From Oopsacas minuta (taxonomy: Eukaryota; Animalia; Porifera), in assembly GCA_024704765.1 (NCBI GenBank), contig JAKMXF010000010.1, forward strand, positions 60,689 to 106,928: DNA of 46,240 nucleotides, given 5' to 3'. The notes below the pieces were generated by a model. It saw only the letters and a program-made list of their open reading frames with translations, searched no databases and was not told the origin of the DNA. The translations under genes were made by a program, and so were the position numbers. Each line of letters starts with the position of its first letter. Position 1 is the stretch's first letter. Below, piece by piece: positions 1 through 12,675 of this stretch.

Positions 1-1226
1 GTTGATTTCCTATAATGTGGTTATCGTGTTTGGTGAATCTTGTTTAAATCAAGCAAAGTCTCAAAGTTATTGCTTGAATGTACATACTCGGGATTTATGA
101 GCTATTCCTTTTGTGTATAGAATGCACTATTAGTTGAGTTACCATAAACTACAGCAAATGACGCCTATAACTATTATTCGGTGAACTTTTTCCTTTTCTG
201 TATAATGTTTCCCCAAAAATATCGATTTGACTTAGAATCGCCGGGTTTTCCCCTTAATTATTGGATATATCTGTAACTATTAACTTTTTCAAATGAATTC
301 TCTGATATGTTAATTTTCGTGAGGTATGATGAATTTCCTCAAGTTTGACGGGTCACAAGGGTATATTTGCGAAAAATCATTTCTTGACAACGGCGGTGTG
401 TGGTAACATTCCATGATGACTCAGCACATTCAAATCTCAATATTCCACAAGCTAAAAATACAAATAAATACAACTATATTATGATAAAAGGGCAATTAGC
501 TTATTGTGTCTCTTGCTGCCATCCCTTTAATAATAAATATGTTATACTCTGGCGCGCTCCAAAATATCCTAAATATAGCAAATAAACATCTTTTCCTTCG
601 GGTGTTCTATTTCCCATTGGATATGAAGTTAAATTCACGGATAATTGGCAAGTATGTGATTGCCCCCACTAGCGATGGTATTACTTATCTATAGACTGCG
701 TTACCTCTACAAACGGGGTCCAAGGAACGCCGAAAATTGGTACCCGTTTCTACGGGTCCCGTATGTGGAGGTTACACTGTGTATATATTCTAATATAGAA
801 ATAACAACAGACCTGCACAATGAGAGTATACTAATGAATACACTAGTCAACCTAAAGCAGAGAGGGATAATACAATATCTACCTGCATATCTATACCATC
901 TTTGTGTTACTCAACAGATCTCAAAACCTGAAACTTACAGTACACAAACTACATTCCTTAATAACCATAGCAATATAAGAAAAGTAAACAATTGCATTTA
1001 GGTAATCAAGTATGCTGATTCCGAATTCACACTTTCGAATTAATCCTATGTAAATGTATTTGTTGTTTTAATGAATTTAGAGTAAACGAATTGAAATCTG
1101 GAAATATACTTAGAGACTTGCTCTTTCGGCTACAATGGGATAACAATGCCTCGTATATATACTAATATACTAACACAACTAGGTTAATATTTCTACAGAG
1201 AAATATCAATTGAAATCATTGTAATA

Positions 1227-1398
1227 CAGTGAAGTCTCCCAATAACAAACACATTTGGGGATTATATTTTGTCTGTTGTAGGTGAGATGTCCGCTTCTCA
1301 AAGATTGATTGAACTTTATTCGTATGTATTATAAACTGATTTCATTCCACGAGTTTGTTCGTTGTAGAGGTGTTGTCCGTTTTTGGGAGACTCCACTG
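1227..1398. mobile_element. pogo/Tc1-mariner-type MITE
   Basis: TIRs CAGTGAAGTCTCCCAA ... TTGGGAGACTCCACTG, TA on both sides, no ORF. Confidence 0.8.
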
Positions 1399-1550
1399 TA
1401 TTGGATATATTCTGTTGTAAACTGAAACACATAAAAGCATAAATATGAAAAGCAAATAATCTGTGTTAGTTATAAATAATGGAAATAATCAATATACTAA
1501 TGTTCAGGTAAACAAGTTCTGAGTGAGAAGTAAACAAAATACAAATACAG

Positions 1551-2946
1551 CTATAATGCTGGTAAAAATTCTATTTTAATTAGAAGAGTTATGCTGTCTT
1601 CTTTACAATATTTAGCTTCTAATATTTGAGTGTTTGAAACGAATAGATAAGTTCCTAAACCTTCATTTCTCAGCTGAGTAGGTCTCTTGAAGCAATCACC
1701 AAAATTCTCCAAATATTCCTTAGTTACTTGATTAGTGTATTTATAGTTATTATTACTGTTAATGTGATTGAGTAGAATTAACGTATATTTGTATCTGATA
1801 GGCCAGTGTAGTTTATCATCATAACCTCCTTTCATAATACAAATGGAAACATATAATTTACCTAAATTTAACCAATTACATTCAATACAGCCCTGACACT
1901 TGTATAAACCTACATAGAATGGATCACTGTAAGTATACTCTTCGTTTTCTATCTTCTGTTTAACACCTGTAATCTTCCATTCCAATTGTCCTGTAGGTAG
2001 AGTTGAATAAGAATAGAGTACTTCTATAATTGATTTCAGTTCTGAATCCTTCTCAGTAATTTGTTTCTCAAAATTCTCGATTTTGGTATTTGCTGTAGCC
2101 AATTTCAGTTTCATATCAGTCATTGATAATCTGTAGTGAATGTGCATGAATTCTTTTTCATGAAAATCCATCTCTCTCCTCTCCATCTCCTCTCTACATC
2201 CATACTCCCAATAAGGACATTCTACCTTCTGTAGAGGACACTCATCATTTAGGTGGACAGGGATATCTCTCCTCTTCAATTGTCTGGTCCCTTCGTCTCC
2301 TTCCCTCACACATCCATTAGGACAAGGAACTGGAAAGTGTTCACAGTCCATCAAATGAGGATTCATCTCACAAGCCTTCACTTTATTCACACAGAATTCA
2401 CACACAAGCTCTCTTAAGGGACACGAGTCTCTCTGGTGTTCTGGGATCCATCTCTTCTCTAGTTTCATTACTTTCCCTTTCCTCTCTCCTTCTAAACAGA
2501 CACAACCCAGAGGACACAGTACAGGAAAGAACTCACATTCTTCCAGGTGGTGTATTGCTGTACTCACTGTGTCACTCCATTCACACCCTCTCTTCTTTAG
2601 GGGACAACTAATCTACAAATAAATAACTCATCTGTAAATGCAAACAAACACTTGTAAATAACAACAAATAAACTACCATTTTATCGGAGACTATTTCACG
2701 GTTCATCTTTACTGGTTGCCATGCTACACCCTCAGGAATGCAGACACCACACCTGAATTCTTCTTCATAGAGACAAGCATCTCTTAACATTCCTTTACAA
2801 CTGCTACATAACAATAATTTCTCTTCCATTTTGCTTGATAAGTTATCTACCAACAAATCAACCCTCCATCCTCTGTAGCTACCATCCTCTGTCTTTATGT
2901 AGACCAAGTCCTCTCTCCCTTCTGAGTCTGTTAACTTCTCTGCCAT
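1551..2946 (-). CDS. TRAF-like protein T1 (degenerate RING, zf-TRAF fingers, short coiled coil, MATH), about 443 aa, 2 exons, intact
   Basis: Exon 1 2946-2677, GT-AG intron 2676-2613 (64 nt), exon 2 2612-1551; the join reads REIVSDKM|ISCPLKKRGCEW. Repeated C-x-C/H zf-TRAF motifs; MATH signature LEWKI...SDPFY...IMKGGYDDKLHWP. Confidence 0.88.
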
Positions 2947-3740
2947 TATACAATATACAAATCTAATACTGAGTAGGAATACTTTGTTTAATTCTTAATA
3001 TATAGAACATGTACATACTATAGCTATCAGTTACAAACAAGACTCTTGTCCTGCTAATTACTAAGTAACAGCTGATATACTAATACTAATACGGTGGATG
3101 CTGAGTATACGGACATCGAGTTTATATGATAACATAAAAGAGTCAACAATATATTACATTTTCTAATATTTACATAAACAAATACTATTATGACGTCATC
3201 ATATGACATCTACAAAATACACTAAATATGTACAAACTAGATTCAAGCATATACCAAATAAGGAAATAATGTATTATTAGATTTTAGGCGCTAACAAAGG
3301 TTAATTAGATTGCAAAAATTAACTAATTGGTTCCTATTTTGAAAATTATTCAAATGCCAATCTATTAAACCTGTAACTAAGTTAGTGAATATAATTACTG
3401 TAATTAGAAATTATATTACCGCTTATAGTGAGTAGTTCAAATGTTAAGAAATACATGGAAATACATTATTGATTAATTACATATACGTTTCCCTAATTAG
3501 ATTATGTGTAATTAATGAATAATTTGTGGTTAGTGTAATGCTATTATTAGAAATGTAAATGGTTGATAAGTTTATGTTCAATAGGAAATAAAAGAGAATT
3601 CAGTAGACACCTGAGGGATGCCAACCGTGAACACAAAGTGTTCGCTTGCTGCGCAACGCCAGTAAGCATAGCTTGCTTGTATTTCTAATTACTAAAGTCA
3701 AATTTGATATGAGAATAGGTTAGTCTATGAAAATATACTT

Positions 3741-4187
3741 CTATTGTACTTTAGTCAGGTCATATAATGACAATAATGACAATATTAGTGCTGTAGCCAA
3801 ATTAGATGCGGGCGGTGGACCTCCTGTGAAGGAAGAAGGTAATATCAATCTTCTACCAAATTCTCCAGGATTTATATCTCCAGCAGAGACTACATCACTA
3901 AGTCCGCTGGAGAGTTCTACTCTGAGCTTCTTTTGGTTGAACTTGTAATAATTGAGTCTCACTTGCTGGACTTTAGTGAACACATTAACCAAGTATTGAT
4001 GGTAGAGCCTACCATAGAGGTGTAGATAGCTTACTTCTCCTCTAACCATAATACGATAAGAGTAGAACTCCTTGGGAGTTACACATCCATCTCCTCGGCT
4101 GTGAGGAATTTTCAAGTACCACCCATTATCTCCTGAACGGAACAAAAGAACATTCGAGTATGGGAAAGTTCGTGTCCCTGCTATCAT
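3741..4187 (-). mobile_element. Helitron Rep/helicase N-terminal fragment
   Basis: FYSYRIMVR...GRLYHQYLV...RLNYYKFNQKKLRVEL...GRRLILPSSFTGGP matches the conserved Helitron-like N region. Truncated; no termini found. Confidence 0.85.
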
Positions 4188-4327
4188 AAATGAAATAAGT
4201 ACTAGTATATAGCTGATTTCTGATATTTAGGGTGTAGAGGAATCAGGGAAGGAACGCGAACTTATCATAAATGAGGATTCCTTACCCAAGGACCACAAAT
4301 CTGGGGGACACCGTAATTATGAATATA

Positions 4328-5232
4328 CAGTCAAGGGACAAAAGTATTCGACCACACAAATATATTGTCATATATTGTACACTCTTTCCCACTTGTATAT
4401 ATTGTATAGTCAATATTCGTAGCTGCAATCTAGTGATTTGTATAGAATAACATATGTTTTTCAAGAATTTCAAAAAATATTCTCACTTTCCACTTTGTGA
4501 AGGTGTTAATTATTAATAATTATTAAATAATCATTGATAACCAAAATATGTGGTAATTCAAAGCCTATAAAGGATAGTCATTTCTGACTTGATATTTGAA
4601 TTCTACGTAAGCGAGTTACCCCAGATTGAAAGTTTCAATGGGATTGAACAATTTTTGCCAAAGTTATAGAAGAATTTCAATTTGTGCCACTTGTGCCACC
4701 TTTTGCAAAGGTGGCACAAGTGGCCGCTACCAAGAGGTTATTTTGGAATTCCTGGGTTAGCATAGTCATATCAATCGAAAATATTAATTAGACTTATTCC
4801 TCCTAACTCTAGTTGATTTACTTGTAGTGACACTTTTCCTGCCACCTGTGTCACTTTTTTGCAAAAAGTGGCACAAATTGAAATTCTTCTATAACTTTGA
4901 CAGAAATTGTTCAATCCCAATGAAACTTGTAATCTGGGGTAACTCGCCAACGTAGAATTCAAATATCAAGTCAGAGATTATTGATTCTTAATTGGCTTTT
5001 AATTATCATATATTTGATTATCAATGATTATCTAATGATTATTAATAATTAACACCTTCACAAAGTGTAAATCGAAAAAATTTTTTTGAGATTCTGGAAA
5101 AATACATGTTATTCTATGCAAAAGTATTAGATTGCAGCTACGAATATAGACTACACAATATATACGAGTGGGAAAGAGTATACAATTTATGGCAATATAT
5201 TTGTGTGGTCGAATACTTTTGTCCCCTGACTG
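4328..5232. mobile_element. Non-autonomous Tc1/mariner-type foldback element with about 395 bp TIRs
   Basis: Begins CAGTCAAGGGACAAAAGTATTCGACCAC and ends GTGGTCGAATACTTTTGTCCCCTGACTG, TA flanks. Arms about 4328-4724 and 4841-5232 are diverged reverse complements. Confidence 0.88.
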
Positions 5233-5291
5233 TATAAAGAGTGAAATATGATAATTAAGTTACAAACTAATATGTAAACACAACAATATAA

Positions 5292-6449
5292 TTAATATAT
5301 ATTTATTACATTATCATAACTACTAGCACAAATAATATCAAAGTTATTATTAACAACTATTCCTGTAGGATTATTACATATAATTTTGTGTATCAGCTGT
5401 TCATCTTAGTAAATATATTAATTGAATTTCCCCAATTATCGCTAATAATAATATTATTACACAAATCAAAACACAGAAAAATCAATTCTTCTCCATTTTC
5501 TAAATTTATGAAACTTTTCAACAAATCACCTGATTTAGAGAATATGTAAATATTATTAATCTTATTAATGTCTGCTACAAATATCTTATTATTATTTATT
5601 TTGACGTCACGCGGGGATCTGAGTTTGTCTTTTCCTATTTCTCTAATATATTTTAAATCAGAGCTGAATTCTACAATTATATTATTATAAGAATCTGCAA
5701 CTAACATTTCTCCAATTGTGTCAGTTATTAGACCAAGAGGGAGACTAACATTAACACTCTGAATTAATTTGTAATTTGTTGTAGAGAATTTTAATACAGC
5801 ATCAAGACCCTCATCACTTATAAACATCCATTCGTTATGTAATGCTATACCGTGTGGAACATTTAGCTGCTCCTTACCAAATTCATGAATGAACTTACCC
5901 TCTGTAGAGAAGATCTGTATTCTTGCATTGGCTGTATCTGCTATATAGATCTTAACTCCTTCTATAGCTAATCCACGAGGACTATACAGCTCTCCTTTCT
6001 CACTGCCCTTACCACCAATCCTTCTGATGGGCTCGGTCTTGTTTCTGTATGGTACAGCTGTATCCTGAATAGGCCCCAACTTCTCCAGCTGTTCTAGGAG
6101 AGAGTCTAGACCCTTAGTATTGAGGGAAATGCTTAGGATTGGTGTTTCATTTTCACATTTCTGTATTTCAGCTCTTGTTTGCCTCATCTGTTCTTCTTGA
6201 AACTTTACTACTTGGTTCTGTTGAATGGTAGTTTTCATTAATTGTTGGATTAGCTTTCCAGGTCTGTTACTTGTTTCTTTCTTGTGTTCTCCTTCCTTAG
6301 ATAGTCCTGCTTGATATCGAACAGCTGAACAGCAGCTGATCTCTCCTCTCTGCAGCAATCATAATTATCTTCTCGAATGTAGAATAGATCAGCTGTTCCA
6401 CTTGTTCGAAATGATTAGTAGGATTTTCATTTGGGTATTTGGTGGCCAT
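5292..6449 (-). pseudogene. Coiled-coil + NHL-repeat protein, paralog A (three 1-nt deletions)
   Basis: ATG at 6449 (MATKYPNENPTNHF). Versus the intact paralog at 21981, single bases are missing at CAGCTGCT^GTT, CTGGA^AAG and ACTAA^GATG. NHL motifs such as PRGLAI and IYIADT..N.RIQIF. Confidence 0.8.
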
Positions 6450-6705
6450 ATATTTGTTGTTCTGTTTATGATTATTCTCATTTACAGAATGTATTTATAC
6501 AAGTTTGTAGGTTAATTATTCAGGTGTCAAGTGGTGAAATAGAAGGTTTCAACTATTCCCATTTCCTTGAACTCTACCACGAGATTACAGTCTCACAGAA
6601 TTACGGATGTGTTAGATCAGATAGCTTTCAACATGTAAATTAGTTCCGGTTATAACTACCCACATTCCTTGTATAGAATTAGTTGCTATGCTATATTAGC
6701 TATCA
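6450..6705 (-). promoter_or_regulatory. Conserved 5' flank of NHL paralog A
   Basis: About 250 bp non-coding block shared with the 5' flanks of the other three close NHL paralogs. Confidence 0.5.
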
Positions 6706-7778
6706 ATTTCAATTTGTTATTCTAATCATTTCTTGTATATTCCTCCTTGAAATTTATGCAAGAAAAATATCAAAATATCAAAGTTCATATATTTTATACG
6801 TCAGTAAGCTCGCTGAAAACTAATTTCGAAAATATTTGCCATTATCAAAGTATTTTTGTAAGAAATACACATTCCTGGGAATTTCCTAAATCCAGGAAAA
6901 TTATTTGGTAAGGGTAAATGTCATTTTTGATATTTCAGCTATTTAGAAGGGGCAAAGTGTCTGATCATAAGTAAGATAACACTGCCCTTTATCAATACAT
7001 TTAAGAGAGATTCTTTTGAAACTTGTAATATATGTTGGTAAAGGAGGAGTTGATTATTACCAACTGGGATCGTCTAACGTCTAACCAGCCCATAATACGC
7101 TACATAACTATTGAATAACAAGCTACACCTTTTAAGATATCTTATTTCAATTATACAACGTAATGTTTGTTATTATCAGAGGTTATATTTCACACAATTG
7201 TCCGCTATTATGAAAGACAATGGGACAGTTCGTTATTTGCTGTTTTAGAATTGTTACCGATACAGTCAATTCTTGTTATATCAAAGCTCAAGGGACTTTG
7301 ATAATAACTTCGATAGAACTGATGAAATATTTGTTATTTCGACGGTTTGGGACAATATTTGTACAATTTCGATATAACACTGTATTAATATTAATAGCCA
7401 TGAATACGTCAACACCAAAATTTCAGGATAACTCAGAATATTTTGAGAACTTTCCAAGTCCAGATATCTCATCTCCAGATCACTTGGGTAACACCACCGC
7501 TAACTCGGATACCAATTCGCTAGATTGGAATGTATCAAGCCCGTAACACAACCAGTCAGATTTTAGTAATAGCATTCCTTCAGAGTTGCTAGTGTTTGTA
7601 GAGGTAATAGTATATTTAATTCTCGAGTTATATTTCTTTTTATAGCATTACCACTTCACACCTTTTGTGCCATTTTCCTGCCCATCTTATAGGGATATGG
7701 GGGAGCTGGTTTGAGTCCCGTTGGTGCATAAGGACAGTTTTATGTACATATTAAATTTGTTACTATATATATCCACAG

Positions 7779-10253
7779 CATCTACAACAAGAGGTCCATT
7801 CATTGGACAGGAAATGCTGAGAATACCAGCTGTATGCAGAAGAGTCCAAACTAGCGATGCGTAATATGGAACTAGAACTGGAACTAAACAAACAGGAACT
7901 GAACAGAGAGCGTGAAAAGAGGAAGAAATAATTCTCATTGGCTACTGAGTATAGGATAGAACTTGAGGAGAACTTGCTACTGTAAGTTTATTTAAATAAA
8001 TTTGTTTGTTTGTTTGTTTGTTTGTTGTTGTTGTTTGTTGTTTTACTAGTTCTGCTTATTAACAGGGGCGGCGCCAGGAGAAATTTGGGGGCTCAAGTCC
8101 CCCCGTAATTTTCGAGTGCGCCCCCTAGAGCCCCTCCGTGATTTTCAGGAGATAAAAATTTAGATATTTTTGAACGAACTTGCTTCGTCTTTGTTTTGTT
8201 TTTTCCCAAATTTGTTTGTTTTTATAGATGCCTATTTTAGCTTATATTCCGTCTTACTTCTCCGAAACTCTTGCTTCTCATTCAGTTGATGATTCAGATG
8301 AATCTGGTTACATAACATTAATTCAAATACCTCATTTTTCTTCCTTTGTATATGACAGATTAGCTACACAGGTCATGTTTGCATAAAATTTCTGTGTTTG
8401 ATTGTTATTACCATATTACCTTAATAATCTATGTCTTCATTTCTGATTTACCTATATTATCCATCCAAAGCACCGGGTCATAGAATTTTCTGGCAATTAA
8501 AGGCGAATATGTTGAATAATATAATAGACATTTCGCGCGAGCTTGGCCACCGCGATACAACTTGTCGCCAGGGCCAGCCCCTCCGTTCGCCACTTTCTGG
8601 CGCCGCCCCTGCTTATTAAACGCAAGGAGAGGTAGTACAGTTAAAAAAACTAGTAAATATTAAGAAACGAGATGAGAAATATAAAGAGAGAATTCACTCA
8701 TTACAAAAATCACTTATTGAATTCCAAGAATAGGTAATATACATTCCTAACCGCTATGACTGTTGCTATTGTAGGAGGTTCTCATAAGTTCTATTTTTAG
8801 ATCAAGGAACTAGATGTAAAGGTTGTGAGGGTGATAAATGTGTGAATCAGCTGACAACTGAGAGAGAACAGCTGATTGTTGATTTGGAAGAGGCTACTAA
8901 TAATGCTGAATGTTTAGCTAATCAAAACCAAGAGCTAGAATTAGAAGTAAATTATGTTATCCTAAATGTGATTAATCACATTTTAACACCTCTGTTCTGC
9001 AGGTAACATGGCATAAGGATGAATTATTTGATACCAGAGAATCTCTGAATCATCTCTAGAAACAGTTTGAGTTTGAATTTCTTAAGGTAAGTATTACTAT
9101 ATGCAAAACAAACTACCTGTGTAACAAACAGTGCTACTCCGTTACTTCGTCTACTCAGTCATTTTCCTTCATTTCTACAGACCCCGTTAGTGGAGCACTG
9201 TATATGCTCGTTCTCTGTCTCGTGTTTTCTGGCCTTTGATATTTGTTATTTAGCAAACAGACAATCTTGTGCAGATGAAGTTAGCTTGTTAGAAGAGATA
9301 GGACAAGATGGAATCGTTAGTTTATGAATTTATTTATTTATTTGATTATTATTATTTATAAAATTCCTAGTTCGGCGGACCGATACACTTACAAACAGAT
9401 CGTGACTCTGCGGATGAACAGACAGGTAAAGCTAATTGTAGCATATGTTACTTTGACATTTGGGATCAAATTTATACAATTTCATACCTCGATATAAGTG
9501 GGTATTTCGATATATTCGTGTTCTACATAACAGGAGTTGACTGTTAAGATTCTGTATATATTTCTCACTCGCATTAATGATACTAATTATAGATATTCCT
9601 GAATACATGACACCTCAAATGCTTCCTCCAGCTAAGCCTACTGGGTTCATTGATGCTCCCAAATTGGAGTACTTAGAACAAGAGGTTGGTAGAGTTTGTA
9701 CTCTAGAGGAGACTATAGCCTCACTCATGGAGCAGTTAGATGTAACTAATAGTGAGTGTGATGATTTGCACTCTGAATTATTCACTAGCAGAGCACAGGT
9801 TCTTATTAATATATTGTTTGTTTGTTGTTTGTTTTTTGTTTGTCCCCTTCTGTCATCAGTAACTCACCAAGGGGTGAATAGACCGGTTTAATTGGTTGTT
9901 TACTTTTTGTTTACTTGTTTCCTAGGTTAAATTGAAAGAGAAAGAGTGTGTGGAGATGAGAGATAAATTATTAGAATTAAAGACAGAGATAGATAGAATG
10001 AGAAATAAAGTCAACAAAGCAAGAGTTAAACTATCAAAAGTTGCTAACGAAAAATAAATGTTAGAAGAAAGGTAATAAACAAACAAACAAACAAGCAAAC
10101 AACTATAATTATACACACTCGTCTCTAATTAGATGTTCGTGCTACAGTAATAGTTTGGAAGAGAAGAGAGAAGAAAATTTAAGCTTAGAAAGACAGCTAA
10201 TTTCACTCATCGAGCAAAAGGTCGTTTTATCAGAGGAAACAGCGGCTTACGAG
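7779..10253 (+). pseudogene. Multi-exon coiled-coil protein gene remnant, family not recognised
   Basis: AG/GT-bounded heptad-rich exons (e.g. 7779-7981 HLQQEVHSLDRKC*EY..., about 8810-8948, about 9002-9087, about 9594-9798, about 9928-10072, about 10133-10253) with several in-frame TGA/TAA/TAG stops. Confidence 0.55.
8063..8611. mobile_element. hAT-type non-autonomous element
   Basis: 15-bp TIR CAGGGGCGGCGCCAG; perfect 8-bp TSD CTTATTAA (8055-8062, 8612-8619). Confidence 0.9.
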
Positions 10254-11418
10254 GTTTGTACGAATAAATTATAATAGCTCCTTCGATGATCACCTTCTAC
10301 CTCCCTCTCTAAGGGGTGTAGTCAAATACCAACGAAGAGTAACATATGTTTCAATGTCATATAAGCATGTTAGGGAGTTAGTGAATAGTAAAGATCCTTA
10401 GTGTTAGACTGCTATTATTCCACAGCATAGTCTCTTTACTGTATTAATTAATTAGAGTCCTATTATCTAGATCACTGGTTCCCAATCAGTAGACTAATTT
10501 AAAACACACTCAAATGACCCCTGCTATCCTCCGCTTATGTAAAGTAATACTCTATTGAATTTATTTAGAGTCAATTTGAAACTGACATATATTCTAGAGC
10601 TAAAAGTCCCAGAGTTCCCTTCCCCTCTCGTGTCCTACCCTATATACACAACATAAGGCAACTGTAATATGCTAAATTCATAAATGTATTTGTTTGTTTG
10701 TTTGTTGTTTAGATTGATGTAAGCTGTCTCCTAAAATCAAACATAAACAAGAAATTGCAAACAGAAGAACACACAAGCCTAGAAAATTAAATGGTTTTCC
10801 TAGCAACGGTACCGTATATTTGGAATTTAATTATATTAGTATTTTGTTTTCATATCCAGCTGTTCCATTTATACAACATATACGTATAGATATCCTCAAC
10901 TGGTATTTGATCGGTTAAAGACAGTGACGTCATGGCAAGAGGGCATAATAGGATTGCCAGATTTTCAAAAGTCCAAACCAGGGACAAATTTCTTACTGAC
11001 AATCAGCGTTTGGTTTTGGGGGTGGGAGTACGGCGCGTCACTACTTCTTTTCTCGGGGGCTGCTCTCACCGCGGTTTCTAAGAAAAGTATAATTAACTAA
11101 GGACTAGTAGACCTTCCAAAGCGGACAATTATTAGAAATATTCCACAACATAAGCAATTTGATTTTTTTACAATCTATAACAGATCATAGTATAATTAAG
11201 TCAACACCTTTATTCCACTTAATCGGGTTAAGATGGATTGGTAGAGTCTACTGTATGCCACTTAACACTATACACAAATCCATTTCTGAATTGTAATTCT
11301 ATCTGTTAACACAAATGACTATTGAGTATAATTAGATTAATATAAAAGCACTGTATGTATTGTGGTAGGTATATTGATATAGTTAAAAGTTATAGAATAT
11401 ACGTTTGAGTTAAGAGTT

Positions 11419-12675
11419 ATGGCGACACGAGTAGCAGCAGTAGGAGAACTGATGTGTGTAGATGAGTTAGAGAGGAATCTAACAGATCTGACTAACCACG
11501 TGCAGATAGAGAAAGAGAAAGTGAGTAGTAACTTCCAGCAGTTACAGAGTCTGTTAGTTGTGAGGGAGCACAGTCTGTTACAAGAGATAGATGAGGTTGT
11601 TATGAGAGCGAGACAAGAGTTCAATGAGAAGAGAGAGCTCCTCCAGGAACTGTACACAGCTAGAGAAGGACTAGAGAGAGACTTAACCAGGAACAAATTG
11701 AAGAAAGTACTCGAGAAGAATCTACGAACGATAGAAGATGAGATCAGAGAGGAGGTAGCAAGGAGTGTGAATGTGAGGTGGGTAAAGTTGGACTGGAAGA
11801 TGGAACAGCTGGAACAATCAGTGATTGATGTGTGTAAGGTTGTGGCACTGAAGGAGAGACCTATAATCCCAGTTGATTATTCTGTGAAATTGTGTCCTGT
11901 CTGGTCCCGAGAAGGAACAGGTTCTGGTGAGATTGCTAATCCCTGGCAAATAGCAATTGACAACAACACACAGAATATATTTGTTGCTGATAATATCGCT
12001 AACATAATACAAGTATTCGATGGAGTAGGTAACCATCTCTACAAAATACCAACACCTCAACGGCCTGTTGGAATAGCTCTAATGAATGAATTCATTTTCG
12101 TATCTACTGAAGACGAACTAGTAAAGATAGAAAAGTCAAGCAATGATTCTATCAAATCGGTTAAAACAGAGAAAAGAGTCTTTGGAATTGATATTGATAG
12201 AAACATGAATGTTTATGGATGTGAGTATCAGAACCAATCAGTAATTGTGTTTGATAAAGATCTCAAATTCCTGAAAAGAATCAAACTCAAAACTACTCAA
12301 GTTGAATCCGATACACTAACAAATAGCATAAAACTGTACGAGGATAACATGTATGTCATGTTTGGTAGCTGTCCTCCTTTCCATCTACAAATATTCTCTC
12401 TTAAAGGAAAGCTAGTGAGATGTTTGATAGGAGAAAGTGAGATCAGTTGGAGTTATTTCTTCTCAATGGATCAACTGGGGAATATTATCGTAGTGGATCG
12501 GGGAGAACATCAAATCAAGATATTTTCCAATAAAGGAGAAGTCCTACACACTATCAGTAGTGATATGGTACCAGAAGATCAGAAGTTCTATTATCCCTAT
12601 GGAGTAGCTATTGACAAGAAGAATAGAATTATTATAGCTCAGAGGAGCAAGAAATGTAATCTCCTAGCTTTCTGA
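11419..12675 (+). CDS. Coiled-coil + NHL-repeat beta-propeller protein (divergent subfamily), 418 aa, intronless
   Basis: Long open frame; N-terminal heptads, then NHL repeats (PWQIAID...IFVADN...IQVFD; PYGVAID). No RING or B-box. Confidence 0.88.
   Translation: MATRVAAVGELMCVDELERNLTDLTNHVQIEKEKVSSNFQQLQSLLVVREHSLLQEIDEVVMRARQEFNEKRELLQELYTAREGLERDLTRNKLKKVLEKNLRTIEDEIREEVARSVNVRWVKLDWKMEQLEQSVIDVCKVVALKERPIIPVDYSVKLCPVWSREGTGSGEIANPWQIAIDNNTQNIFVADNIANIIQVFDGVGNHLYKIPTPQRPVGIALMNEFIFVSTEDELVKIEKSSNDSIKSVKTEKRVFGIDIDRNMNVYGCEYQNQSVIVFDKDLKFLKRIKLKTTQVESDTLTNSIKLYEDNMYVMFGSCPPFHLQIFSLKGKLVRCLIGESEISWSYFFSMDQLGNIIVVDRGEHQIKIFSNKGEVLHTISSDMVPEDQKFYYPYGVAIDKKNRIIIAQRSKKCNLLAF

Noticed and set aside
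400-1001. Short ORFs at the window start and a possible tiny MITE near 696-780
   Set aside because: No recognisable motifs; the TIR match is weak and there is no TSD.
3600-3700. Helitron 3' hairpin plus CTRR end
   Set aside because: Only a 6-bp stem and no properly placed CTRR.
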